Shown here one piece after another: positions 13,047 to 23,869 of a stretch of 64,000 nt of DNA. The stretch is from Macrostomum lignano (lineage: Eukaryota): contig NIVC01001482.1 of the NCBI GenBank assembly GCA_002269645.1, positions 62,001-126,000 on the forward strand. The letters are read 5' to 3'. The translations under genes and the position numbers were made by a program. The notes under the pieces were generated by a model. It searched no databases. It worked only from the letters and a program-made list of their open reading frames with translations, and was not told the DNA's origin. Each line of letters starts with the position of its first letter. Within the stretch, counting starts at the first letter, position 1.

Positions 13047-13384
13047 GATAAACGAGGTAACATTGACATGGGTATCGGGATAAGCAATGTCACCGCCGGT
13101 AGAGTACCGAGCTACTCTCATACTTTGGCGTGATGTCAATCAAATTTGCCTTTTTACGAGTTAGACTACATGCTGGATTTCTTCTAAAATAGAAGCGCTA
13201 TATAACCACATGTTTGGAGACAATGCTGGAAAATGGCGGAAAAGTTTTTTTCCCGATCCATTAGCGAAACGGCTCATTGTCTGTGCAATACAACAATATG
13301 CATTGTCAGCAAAACGTTTGCAAACGGAAGCGATCAGACAAAAGTCTCCTGGAGCAAAACTGAGCCCTATTAGTCTAGAAGAAA

Positions 13385-13698
13385 GGATGGTTGTAGCCTA
13401 GTGCTCAGAGTGTGAGACTAACGACTGAGAGGTCGGAGGTTCGATTCTTAATCCACTGGAACAGTTTTCGTCCTTGAGCAAGACACTTAACTCTGCATTG
13501 CTTCAGTTCACCCAGCTGTGAAATGGGTGTCAGCATTAGCTGGAGTAATTGAAGGTGTTTGGCGACCCCCCCCCCAGTCCTTGGACTGTACAGCCGTACG
13601 CAGCCTCAGATGCGCGGTGCAATGGCTGCGGCTGGTCTGTCGGTTGCACATCTGCCCATTGGTGCAGGTGGTAGTCAATTATTACTACTTATTATTAC
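13385..13698 (+). mobile_element. tRNA-headed SINE with CORE-like central domain (family B)
   Basis: A-box-like TAGCCTAGTG; B box GGTTCGATTCT at 13438; TCCTTGAGCAAGACACTTAAC..CAGCTGTGAAATGGG at 13471-13527 resembles the CORE/MIR core; (ATT)n tail. No clear TSD. Confidence 0.7.
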
Positions 13699-13984
13699 AA
13701 AAACCAGACACAATACTGCGAGTGTAGAATTCAATACGCAAAGATTCACCGTGTGCTTCTGCCTTCCAGTCTTCATTCCTTCAATTTCAATTTCAATTGA
13801 GCTGCCAAATCTGGCTGGTTACCCCATTCCACGATAAGATTCTATGGCTAATGTCCCTCTAAATGGCAGTAAGTCATCCATATAGGCGGACATCATCTGG
13901 GGCCTGAACCCGGTTCTTCGGTGCCTGCAACTTGAATTTAACAGAGAAGTTCCACGTGCTGGACCGACTGCGCCTCGTCCTCGG

Positions 13985-14193
13985 ATGTCAGATGGACGGA
14001 ATCGCCTCTGATGTCAGATGGACGGAATCGCCTCTGATGTCAGATGGATGGAATCGCCTCTGATGTCAGATGGACGGAATCGCCTCTGGTGTGAGATGGA
14101 TGGAATCGCCTCTGCTGTCAGATGGACGGAATCGCCTCTGATGTCAGATGGATGGAATCGCCTCTGGTGTGAGATGGATGGAATCGCCTCTGA
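13985..14193. repeat. 26-bp tandem array
   Basis: Unit GATGTCAGATGGACGGAATCGCCTCT, about 8 copies. Confidence 0.9.
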
Positions 14194-15212
14194 TGTATTT
14201 TCATGCTTTAAATTTTCCTGCTTTCTAACTGTCTTTAAGTACGAGAGAAGTAAACTCTACAATAAACGTAGTCAGAACATCAAAGGCTACTTGAAGTAAC
14301 GTATTTCGTTGCCAAAATTCCAAAGAGATTTTTCTGCACGCAAGCACATTAATGAATAATTCCATTGCCAGCAACCTAAAAGCACCCTACCTAATTATAG
14401 AGAATTGCCGGTAAGGTCAAAACAATAACCAGGCTGAAAGCAGTAATTTTCCTGTTTACAGCTCATTCAAACTCAAATTTTTTTAACTTTTATATAATAG
14501 CAATGCCTCACGATAGACATATTGACGGGCTCACCTCAGCTAATTAAAACGGTACATGCTTCCAGCAACTATTATTTTCTTAGAAAAATTCAGAATTTGA
14601 AATTTCTCATCGTTAAAATTTCCGGATTTATTTTTATAAACTTCTAATAGTTACGAAATATGTTTTTGCAACACTGTGGCACACTGCTGAAATGGTTGCT
14701 TATTTGCGAATAGGCAAATTTTCACGGCAAAGATTTGAAACAAAATTAAAAAAGCAAGTCTAGTAGTCCTTGAAAACAAGCGGGCCTGCCTGCTCCAGAT
14801 TTTCTCCCTAGGACTCCCTGGTCCTCATTGTTGAGTTTCTCCTCACTTCACTCCGCGATACTTTGACAATGCTGGAGAACCTCCTCTGTCTATAGAATCT
14901 TTTACTATCTTCAAAGTGGCCTCTTCAACAAGGTGGTGCTGGAGAGTTCTTTGTAGAAAGAAGGGCATGAATAATTTATGAAGTCATGCTCAAAGACAAT
15001 GCAGCACCACTGCAGAAGCGAACAATGCCCTCCCCAGTCTGCATGGGACCCCGCTGGGACAATAGACAATGTCTGCCTAGCCAGTTCCGCTTGAAGATGC
15101 GGAAAAGCGAAAGGGAGAAAAATTGTTGGCAAACTTGTAAATGCGCTTGAAACTGCTTAGTATTTAGTGCAACTCCTCCGCAGTTTCCTCACCTGCCTAA
15201 CTTCTGCAAGCC

Positions 15213-16196
15213 ATGCAGCTCTGCTCAAGCATTCTGGCTCTCCTCTGCCTCTGCGCAGCGGTGGCCACCGGCTTCAACCAGCGAGTCTCGTTCAGGCAGC
15301 TGGCCGTGTGTCCCAGCACCGCCAACCTGCCTCAGCTCGACAAGCTGGAAGGCGCTCAGGATCCGAGGACCTGCCAGGTGCAGTGCGCCACCAGCCCCAA
15401 CTGCTCTGTACTGCACCGCACAGGCGGCACCTGCTACTTCGGCACCAGCGAGCAGCGGACCAGCCTCTTTACTCTGACATCACCGCCGAGTGCCGATCCG
15501 TGCGTGAGCTTCGAGAAGGTCGACAGCATCATGTCGAAGATTGTACTGGCCTTCGACTTCCGGCAGGGCTTCAGCAATCTCGCCAGCCCGGGAACCTTCG
15601 ATGCCACGCCTCGCGGAGCGGTGACCAGGGACGCTCAGGGAGCTCACTTTCCGGGCGCTGTCGCCGATTACATCGAGGTGGACACCATGAGCGGGTCCTT
15701 GATCTCCACTTACCTGGACCATCCGAGCAACTTTTCATTCTTCGCCAAGGTGGTTCGTCAGGACCAGTACGAGACCAGCTACCACTGTTTCCATAACTCC
15801 GTCTTGGATGGTTCGGAAGACCTGCTCTACTTCGGAGATCGCGACCGGCGTGCTTGGGTGCAGCACAAGTTCCTGTCTCTGAGCGGCTCATCCCACTTTG
15901 AGAGTGCTGAGACCTGCCAGTCTGCCCAGATTGTGCCAGTCGGTTTGACCCAGGCTATCTCGCTCGGAGCCGTGTTCCACGGCAAGACGCTGAACAATTT
16001 CTACTTCAACGGCTCTGACTTGGCAACCCAGTCGGATCTCGGCTGGGGATCGTACACCGAGCCTCGGCTTCTCCGTCTGGGCTATAATCTGAATTCTGCT
16101 CGCACTTTGAAAGGTCGCATGATCTGCTACATGATCGCCAAGACCGCTCTGAGCACCGCTGAGTTCCTCCAGCTTGAGCAGCTGTGCCCGTGGTAG
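15213..16196 (+). CDS. Secreted PAN/Apple + ConA/LamG-like protein, paralog 3 (327 aa, intronless)
   Basis: About 95% identical to paralog 2 by hand alignment (14 substitutions and a 2-aa indel); intact ORF. Confidence 0.85.
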   Translation: MQLCSSILALLCLCAAVATGFNQRVSFRQLAVCPSTANLPQLDKLEGAQDPRTCQVQCATSPNCSVLHRTGGTCYFGTSEQRTSLFTLTSPPSADPCVSFEKVDSIMSKIVLAFDFRQGFSNLASPGTFDATPRGAVTRDAQGAHFPGAVADYIEVDTMSGSLISTYLDHPSNFSFFAKVVRQDQYETSYHCFHNSVLDGSEDLLYFGDRDRRAWVQHKFLSLSGSSHFESAETCQSAQIVPVGLTQAISLGAVFHGKTLNNFYFNGSDLATQSDLGWGSYTEPRLLRLGYNLNSARTLKGRMICYMIAKTALSTAEFLQLEQLCPW

Positions 16197-16569
16197 AGAG
16201 CTGCTGGCAGCAGACTGTGCCGTTCTCGTTGTTAAATAGTTCAGACTCAAAGAATGAAAAATGTTACCTGAAAAGATGTACCAAATTAAGTTATGCTAAA
16301 ATTAGACTTTCAGACACGAGAACTTATGTATTGCAGAACGAAAAGCATCTTTTGCTAAACTATTATTTACGACTTAAAAAGAACATAAAATTCTTTTCCC
16401 ACTACTTGCTACTAAGCTAAACAATTTTTTATTTACAAACATACCAGTAATTTTGGACTTGGACTATGCCTTATTCATGAAATAAATAGTTTAAAGTGTA
16501 ACAAACGATTTCACCATCTTTTTGAAAATTTAATATCAAACACGACATGGACTTGACTCTGTTTCTTGT

Positions 16570-17063
16570 CCCTACCAACCCGCCCTGCGCAGGGCCCTGC
16601 TTGGACTCAATCGCAGGGACATCAGGGCGGTGACCATGGCCCTCTCGGGTCATGGCTGTTTTGCCAGGCATCGCCACCTCCAGGAGAAAATCCGCAGTGA
16701 GGCATGCCCCTTCTGCCTCTCCGGTGTTGAGAATGCGGAGCACATCATCTGTGAATGCCCCGCCTTTACTCAGGACAGGCTCTCCTACCTCGGCCCAAAC
16801 CCGGACCTCACCGACGTTTTCAGGCCCGAGAATCTCTGCCAGCTCGTCCGCTACCTAAGGGCTACCGGGCGAGCGACAATCCACCTCATGGACACTCCGG
16901 AGGGGGACCGCACTGCGGACACCGGCACCACCGGAACTCCCTGCGCGACACCGCAGCACTAGCTGCCCGTGGTCGCCAGGGGTTAGCGAAATGGGCGGCA
17001 ACGCCTCCTCGCTGTTTCGGGACGCACGGAGCCCCCTGCAGCTGAGTCAAGTAAGTCAAGTCC
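16570..17063 (+). mobile_element. 5'-truncated non-LTR retrotransposon, ORF2 C-terminus (R1/LOA/I-group-like)
   Basis: LLGLNRRDIRAVTMALSGHG followed by a C-x2-C-x8-H-x4-C knuckle (CPFC..EHIICEC), then a 3' UTR and an AGTCA-repeat tail. Confidence 0.8.
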
Positions 17064-18901
17064 CTGCCGACACCAATATCGAGTACTAAAAGAAGTACTA
17101 CATGGTTTTTCGAGAAAATTATTGAACTTGTTATTTAATCAAAGCTTGTAAAATATCGAGAAGGAAGGCGAAGTGAGCGCCTGCGTTTCCTAGCTCTCAG
17201 CTACTCAAAAAGTTCTTGGCTTGGCAGAAGTTCCGTCAAGATTTTGCGTAAATTCGGCATTCAATGATTGTGTAAGAAAGGAAATTTCTCTCCTTTCTAT
17301 TGATGGAAGGATTTGCCTTCATCATTTAGTCAGCGATGCACCCCTCTCTAGTCGTTGTCAACAAGATTCACTTTTATGCTCACTTTTTGGCTCCTGCACT
17401 TGTATCGAATTTTTTAACCCAAACGTTGGATAATATTATAATAAAATTCCTACGAGCTTATATTTCTACTCATAGTAGCTGACCCTTTACAGATGCGCTA
17501 TTTTTCATTATAAGACCTATTCGGCCTTGATGCGAGTTTGCGTACAGCTCCTCATAAAAGTATTCTCAAGTCATTCTCCCACCAACTCCAAATGAATCAA
17601 CCAGTGCTCCAATGTCTACAGGGTGCAATATAGGCGTGTACTTTTAACGAGGCTGATGGACAGCCGAACAGGGAGGAGGGAGGTAAGTAGCGCAGTGGTA
17701 ATGCGGCTGAATCTCTGGATGCGTGTCTACCCGACATGTAGGTAGAATAAACTCTTCCGTTTATAACCTTGACGTTGCTTGAAGCCTCTAAAGGATTCCG
17801 TGAGGCTGTTCAACAATGGGCGGGTGCGACTGCTAGCTTGAGAATGAAGCTTGTTGAGCGACGCAAAGTGTTCTTACATGTAGACTCAGTCAGTTGAGCC
17901 TGCCTATGGCGCCATCGGTGCCGGGGCCCCAGATCCCTTACTCTTAGTCTTGAGGTAGTCGCAGGCTTTGCTTCTTACCTGGCAACAATGCTCAGTCTTT
18001 AAGTAGAAGTTTCTATGGAAACTCATCGATTTTCTGGTCAAGCCATCGCCTACCTACGAGATCGGCTCAGTGGGTTATGGAAGGGGCTTCAATGCCTTCT
18101 GTTAGCACCAGGATGGTAGGTGAGAGAAAGCTATTATGCTAGCAAGTTTGGCAAGTCGCGTCGAGTGCAGCTGAAGGGAAAAAACTGTTTAAGCTCAGCT
18201 ACTCGGTGCGAAGTGCGAAGTAATCGGTTGAATAGGCAAGCGCGTTAAGAGGGTTAACCTGGCATGACATCTTGACGGTTTTTTCTCTAAGCAGGCATTT
18301 ACATGTCCTTGGTTCGTAAAAAAGTGGAGTGGAAGTGCCCAACTTACTCACCATTCTCCAAGGACCACTTCGAAGCGCTACCGAAAACAACGGCTATTTC
18401 ATAGTAGCTCGTAGACGAATATTTCAGCCATTCAAATAATTTCAAATTCATTTCGAATCATTTTAAGTCATACCAACAAGACGTGTCAAACCTGCTTGTC
18501 CCAATGTCTCCCAACGGAATCAATTGTTGACAGGCGCATGTCTCATTGGTGTCTTAGAATTTGTACAGACATAGTATTTAAGCTTCCCTATTTCAAAAGG
18601 TACATAGTTCATTACAAAGCAGGCTTAAAACATTCTTCTCCTAGTAGCTAGTCTCTGCCTGATAGCAGAAACCAGAAAGCAAGTTGTGTAGCTATAGAAA
18701 CGCCCACAACAACAAAACTCCGCTGGATTGTACAAACCGAGTCGCTTTGCCACAAAGAACGATAAGCCAAAGACAGCCTCGTTCCTGATTGGTCCGTCCC
18801 AAGGCCCTCTGGAATTCTATTTAGCCCTGGCGAGGCGCGGGAACTACGGACACAGAAGTCCAACTCTGCGAGCGCCTTTCAACAAACCAGCCAGTCGCGA
18901 T

Positions 18902-19906
18902 ATGCAAGCCCGAGCCGCTCCCATGCCGCTGCTGCTGCTGTGGCTTTGTACCGCCAGCGGGGAGGCCAGAACTCGAATCGTGGAGCAGAACGTCACCTTC
19001 GACAAGCGGACGGTGTGCCCCAGCAATGCAAGCCTCGCTCAGCTAAGCTGGTTGTCTGGCGCACAAGACGCTGGCGCCTGCTTGTCGGCCTGCGCAGCCA
19101 ATGCCAGCTGCTCGGTGCTGCACCGCTCCAACGGAGTCTGCTACCTTGGCGACTCCAACCAGCTGGCCGGCCTCTTCAACCGGTCCGAGGCTCAGAGCGC
19201 CGATCCATGCGTGAGTCACGTGAGGCGGGACGTGAAGTCCAAGCTGGTCGTGCTGTTCGACTTCAGGCGGGGCTTCGCCAACCTCGTCAGTCCGGGTAGC
19301 TTCGACGCGACGCCTCACGGAGATGTCGTCCACGACGCTGACGGGGCCCACCTGTTTGGCTCTAGGAATGATTACATCGAGGTGGACACCCGCGGCGGCA
19401 CCTTGATCTCGTCTTTTCTCGAGACACCTGCGAATTTCTCATTTTATGCAAAAGTATTCAGACGACTGACTGCTACCGATCTGTGGTTCAGTCACTACGG
19501 GAAAAACTATCATCACTTTTATAACTGCCAATGGGGATATGAAGCTGGAGCTCTAGGCGAAAGAAACGGTTTTCCCATGGTTCGGCATCGGTTTATAGCC
19601 AACAGTTTCAAGCAGTGGGGTCGGGCGGACATCGAACCAGCCCCTCTGGCCAACAACTCTCCGATGCAGTTCTCGGTTGGCGTTGTGTTCAACGGAAACT
19701 CCCTGAACAACTTTTACTTTAACGGGTCTTCGATGCGCGTCCGGGCGAGCAACGCCTTCGGGATGTACAGCTCACCCGGCTGCCTCAGGCTGGGCTACCA
19801 CTCTGACAGTAGGTTTCGGCTGAAAGGCCGCCTGATCTGCTACGCCATCGCCAAGACTGCGCTAAGCACGGTTGAGTTCCAGCAGCTGGACCAGCTCTGC
19901 GGGTAG
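18902..19906 (+). CDS. Secreted PAN/Apple + ConA/LamG-like protein, paralog 4 (diverged, intronless)
   Basis: ATG at 18902 (MQARAAPMPLLLLWLC, signal peptide); same Cys pattern and C-terminal LKGRLICYAIAKTALST..QLDQLCG*; several NxS/T sequons. Confidence 0.85.
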   Translation: MQARAAPMPLLLLWLCTASGEARTRIVEQNVTFDKRTVCPSNASLAQLSWLSGAQDAGACLSACAANASCSVLHRSNGVCYLGDSNQLAGLFNRSEAQSADPCVSHVRRDVKSKLVVLFDFRRGFANLVSPGSFDATPHGDVVHDADGAHLFGSRNDYIEVDTRGGTLISSFLETPANFSFYAKVFRRLTATDLWFSHYGKNYHHFYNCQWGYEAGALGERNGFPMVRHRFIANSFKQWGRADIEPAPLANNSPMQFSVGVVFNGNSLNNFYFNGSSMRVRASNAFGMYSSPGCLRLGYHSDSRFRLKGRLICYAIAKTALSTVEFQQLDQLCG

Positions 19907-20701
19907 CCGCGGCAGCTCAAAAAGATCCAAATCACCATCGATTGAAGTAGCAACTCTTTGAAACTTTTTCAACGATATTATTTCTGCAAACATTCAATTA
20001 AAGCATCGATTATTTGCTTATTTTTTATTGTAGAGCTGGACCTGGATGTCATAATTGGTCATAAGCTGGCTTTCCTGTTGTCGTCCACGTGTATACATTT
20101 TAAAAGATTGTCCTGGATGCAATTCAGTTACAATATTTTTCTCTAATTTTATAACCCCAGATATATTCTATTTCTGCCCTCAATACTTATGCAATTTATG
20201 TAATTCGATCGAGCGTGAATATGGATATTCTAAAGTAACCAAATTAGGCTTCATCTCGACGCCCATTTCAATATTTATGGTGTCCAATAGAGTAACTTGC
20301 ATTATACGAGCGCAATCTTTATCGTTTTTCAATAACTTTCACAAGTACTGCATGGGCCTGCGAGCATCATGAGAGCCTCATACATCCGAGCATGCATTCG
20401 AGCATCGTACTGGAATCACATGTCTAGAACTTTTCCGAGACGGGTTAAACGGAATCGTTAGCTAAATTTAAGTCAAAAACATTTCGATTGCTACTCACAA
20501 GTAGTGAAAACGCATAAAAATTAGTAGGAGTCAGCTGATGCAAACGTTCTCTCTTCGTCATCCGTCCAAATCAGTCCTTGCTCAGCCAATCGCTGATAGC
20601 CTTGGACTCACCCCATGCAAATGAGCAGCTCTTGAGTACTTAAGACACAGGCCACTCGTTTCTGTCTTAACAGCCCCGGGTCCCTTCTGCTGCAGAAGAC
20701 A

Positions 20702-22213
20702 ATGTCTCTCAGTTGGACCCTCCCAATAGTCCTCCGTTTCCTGCTGCCCTCGGCGGCTTTGGCCCTGGAAACTGCGGCCGCCACCACCGCAACTGTCGCC
20801 TCCTGCGACGGCTCCAGGAAGCTCGGCGCTGTCTCGGCGGGCCTCTGCTCCGTCACCTGCCGCGAGGTTGCCGTCATCGGCGCCTGCGGTAGCAACGCCA
20901 GTGCCGCCCTGTGCGAGCGAGTCGATCTCAGCCTGACCCTTGACTGCGGCCGCGGCCGCGGCCTCAACTCCAACAAGATCCTGGCGCTCTCCGCCGACCG
21001 GGCATTCGCCCGCTTCCTGCCGTTCGTTCAAGACCTGAATCTGGCCAGGTCGCGACTGCCGACCGTCACCCGAGCGCACCTGAGCAGCTTCGTCGGTCTC
21101 GCCGCCCTGTCGCTCAAAGATGTCAACGCCAGTCGCCTTGATCCGCGCGCTCTGTCCGGCCCCGGGCGGAGTCTGCGGCACCTGGACCTGACCTTCAACA
21201 GTCTGGGTCACCTGCCGGACCAGCTGTTTGCCGACACGCGCGGCCTGGAGACGCTCGATCTAAGCGACAACCCGGAAGCTGTCGTGAGGGAAAATCCAAA
21301 CCTGCTGCGGCCGCTGGCCAGCTGCCTCCGCACCCTGCGGCTCAACGGGCTCGGATTGACCGCCCTGCCGGTTGACTTCCTGACTCCGCTGCAGTCGCTC
21401 GACGCGCTGCACATGGCGCGGAACAGCCTCAAAGAGCTGGACGCCGTCAGCTTCCTCGGCCTGAGCTTCCCTTTCAGCGGGGGCCGCAGGCTGACCCTCA
21501 ATTTCGACAGCAACAAAATCGAAAGGATTGGAGACTTCGCGTTTGCCCGCCTGCGCCTGCCACTGACGCTGACGCTGCAGCAAAACAACATCCGGCACCT
21601 CGGCTTTCTCAGCCACCCAACCATTGAGTCGACCGACCCCTGCCGCTGGGACTCCAGCAGCGTGAACCTCTACGACAATCCGCTGCAGTGCGGCTGCGAG
21701 CTGTACAATTTCACGCGAGTCAAGGTGACCGGCGCGGCCATCACCGGGATCTGCCGCGGACCGCCGGGCTTCGAGCAGCACCTGCTGTACGGCTGGCGCT
21801 TCGGTCACGCGCATCGGGCGAAGTACTTTGAATTGACGGCGCTAAGCCGATGCCGCGATGGCTGGAAGTGGCGCGACAGCGATGGCGCCTCTCTGAGCTG
21901 GCGCAGCTTCGGCGCCCAATACAGCTGCCGGTGTGGTCGCTGGTTCGATCCCGAGCGGGAGTACCTGCTCGAGTCCAGCTGCGCGAGCATGAGCCGGGCC
22001 TCGGTGCACTCACACGACAGTCACGGAGGTCACGAGCATGAACACGACAACGAACAGGATGCCCGAGGGCATCTGCTAGCCGCCACCGCTTCGTCTTCGA
22101 AGTCCTTCAACAAGAAGCCCTCGGCCAGGGGTGACAGACTCCACAGTTCGATATTGTTTGCTGCTTTCAACCTTCTGTTGCCGAGCGGTTTGATGCTGCA
22201 GTCTGCTCTGTGA
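20702..22213 (+). CDS. Extracellular leucine-rich repeat protein, probable GPI anchor (503 aa, intronless)
   Basis: Signal peptide; Cys-rich N-cap; LRR units (LRHLDLTFNSL, LETLDLSDNP, LRTLRLNGLGL, LDALHMARNSL); LRRCT NPLQCGC; His/Glu-rich and Ser-rich stalk; terminal hydrophobic tail without a cytoplasmic segment. Confidence 0.9.
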   Translation: MSLSWTLPIVLRFLLPSAALALETAAATTATVASCDGSRKLGAVSAGLCSVTCREVAVIGACGSNASAALCERVDLSLTLDCGRGRGLNSNKILALSADRAFARFLPFVQDLNLARSRLPTVTRAHLSSFVGLAALSLKDVNASRLDPRALSGPGRSLRHLDLTFNSLGHLPDQLFADTRGLETLDLSDNPEAVVRENPNLLRPLASCLRTLRLNGLGLTALPVDFLTPLQSLDALHMARNSLKELDAVSFLGLSFPFSGGRRLTLNFDSNKIERIGDFAFARLRLPLTLTLQQNNIRHLGFLSHPTIESTDPCRWDSSSVNLYDNPLQCGCELYNFTRVKVTGAAITGICRGPPGFEQHLLYGWRFGHAHRAKYFELTALSRCRDGWKWRDSDGASLSWRSFGAQYSCRCGRWFDPEREYLLESSCASMSRASVHSHDSHGGHEHEHDNEQDARGHLLAATASSSKSFNKKPSARGDRLHSSILFAAFNLLLPSGLMLQSAL

Positions 22214-22653
22214 GACCAGAGTCTGTCCAATAAAATTGCTGGTTGTCAATGAGAACTCAATGGAACTTGGCACCAAAAACTTGATATCGCTCCAACGATT
22301 CGACCTGGCGGAGCAGAAAACCTGTTTGACAATTGTCTGCTCTCGCTACGATCTTGAATAAAACTTGCTTTCGACAAAAAGATGACAATTATGATGCCTC
22401 TCGAGCCGCCGCAGTGACAACTTTACAATCTCAATCCGTTTCTGTCAGTCTTAACTTTATAATATGCTTCTTTCTCTATGCTTATGTCCACTATCTAGCA
22501 CTGTTCCATGCAACAGCAGCATACTGCTTTGACAACGCTAGCTAAATATATACACATGTAGTTGCATATATTTATAGCCTAAAAAAGTATTAACAACCAG
22601 AATAACCGTCTCCTAGTCTTCTAAATGAACCGTTCTGAGAAAGAGCCAGACAG

Positions 22654-23014
22654 GGGGGGCCGTAGCCCAGCGGTAGCGCAGCTGCTCTGGTGTGCCAGCG
22701 ACCCAGGCTCGATTCCAAGTGCAGTCACATTAATTTGGGGCTGAATTGGAATCTCGGCTTGGCTCTGCTCGTGCAATTAACGGCATTGAGAGCCAACCCC
22801 CCCAAGGCGCAGTGAAGTGTACATGCCTAACGATAATATAAAGTTAGGGCCGCTGTACACTCCTGTGTGAGTGTGTGCCTGCGTAACGTATCCGCGCACT
22901 TGTATGCCTGCTCAGGGGAGTCGGCGGAATGGGCAGTAATGCCTCTCGCCGGTTGTGTGCCTATGTCGCTTAAAGTGCGCCAGGGTGCACACAACCCCCC
23001 TGCCTCTAATAAAA
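22654..23014 (+). mobile_element. tRNA-derived SINE (family A), copy 2
   Basis: A box TAGCCCAGCGG at 22663, B box GGCTCGATTCC at 22706, TCTAAT-A tail; 14-bp TSD AAAGAGCCAGACAG at 22640-22653 and 23015-23028. Confidence 0.9.
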
Positions 23015-23869
23015 AAAGAGCCAGACAGAAGAGTGTCCAAGGAAGCGAGGAAAGAGTGAGGAAGCTTTACTGGACTCTTTGACGACTTGATTTGCTCAAT
23101 CCAACCGAATTTTCACCCTGTTTTTCTATTCTTTGTATTGTACTTTTGCAGCTCTTAAACACTTCCTCTGGCGGCGCCAAGATCAACAAGTTGTGTTTTT
23201 CAACTCAAGATATCGACTCAACAGGGGGGCGGGGGGCGGCTGCTGGGAAGGAGACCTGCTAATAGTCGAAAGACGAATCGTCCCTACTGGCAAACTAGAG
23301 AGATGGTTCAGTGGCCAGTGGCTCAGCTTGCGAGCGCTGGGTGTTGAGGGGAGAATTATCCCTCCCCCCTCCCATCCACCGTCTTCCACAGCCTGGAGTA
23401 GTGCATGCGAATGGGGAGGGGAAAGGAAACTGGGAGAAGATAGAGACCGCCCGCTGGGAAATCGCTTAGGGGGGGGGGTTGGGTAAGCTCGGCCCGTAGA
23501 CGGATGAAGAGGAGAGGCTGGGCTGCTGCTGGATGCAGCTGCGGCAGCTCCATGGTGCTGCTCCTCATTTTCCCAGGCTGGCTAAAGCGACGCAAAGAAA
23601 AGCAAGAGAGAAGCAGGGTGAGCTCATCTCGCATTCAGACCACCTCCTCTCAGTGTTGTATCTCCCATATAATCCCTTTACTGCCTGCTCATTCTGCCGT
23701 GTCTTTGCCGCCATTGTTCTCCAAGCTCCCCCTCCCTCAGCCTCCTGGTAGCCATCGGTATGCGAGGAGAATACTGGTCTCCTGGAGATCTGCTGGGCGT
23801 GGGCAGTGAATTCTACGAATAGAGGGATAGCAGAAACCGTGAATTACTCGTACTGTCAGATACACTGCC

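Noticed and set aside
13830-13980. Minus-strand frame containing SAYMDDLL, resembling the reverse transcriptase YxDD motif
   Set aside because: Short frame with a stop about 14 codons later and no recognisable upstream RT motifs; probably chance, though a decayed RT is not excluded.
17680-17760. A-box-like GTAGCGCAGTGGTAA suggesting a tRNA or SINE
   Set aside because: No B box at a suitable distance, and no tail or TSD found.
18728-18901. N-terminal extension of paralog 4 shown in the ORF track
   Set aside because: It starts at a non-ATG codon; the signal peptide and paralog alignment begin at ATG 18902.
20608-22276. Antisense ORFs overlapping the LRR gene (and similar ones over the PAN-LamG and TTLL11 exons)
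   Set aside because: Shadow ORFs expected from GC-rich coding sequence.
22654-22730. tRNA gene calls at the SINE heads (also about 12970-13046, 13385-13455, 62555-62630)
   Set aside because: A/B boxes continue into a shared SINE body with a tail and, for family A, TSDs; no convincing cloverleaf.
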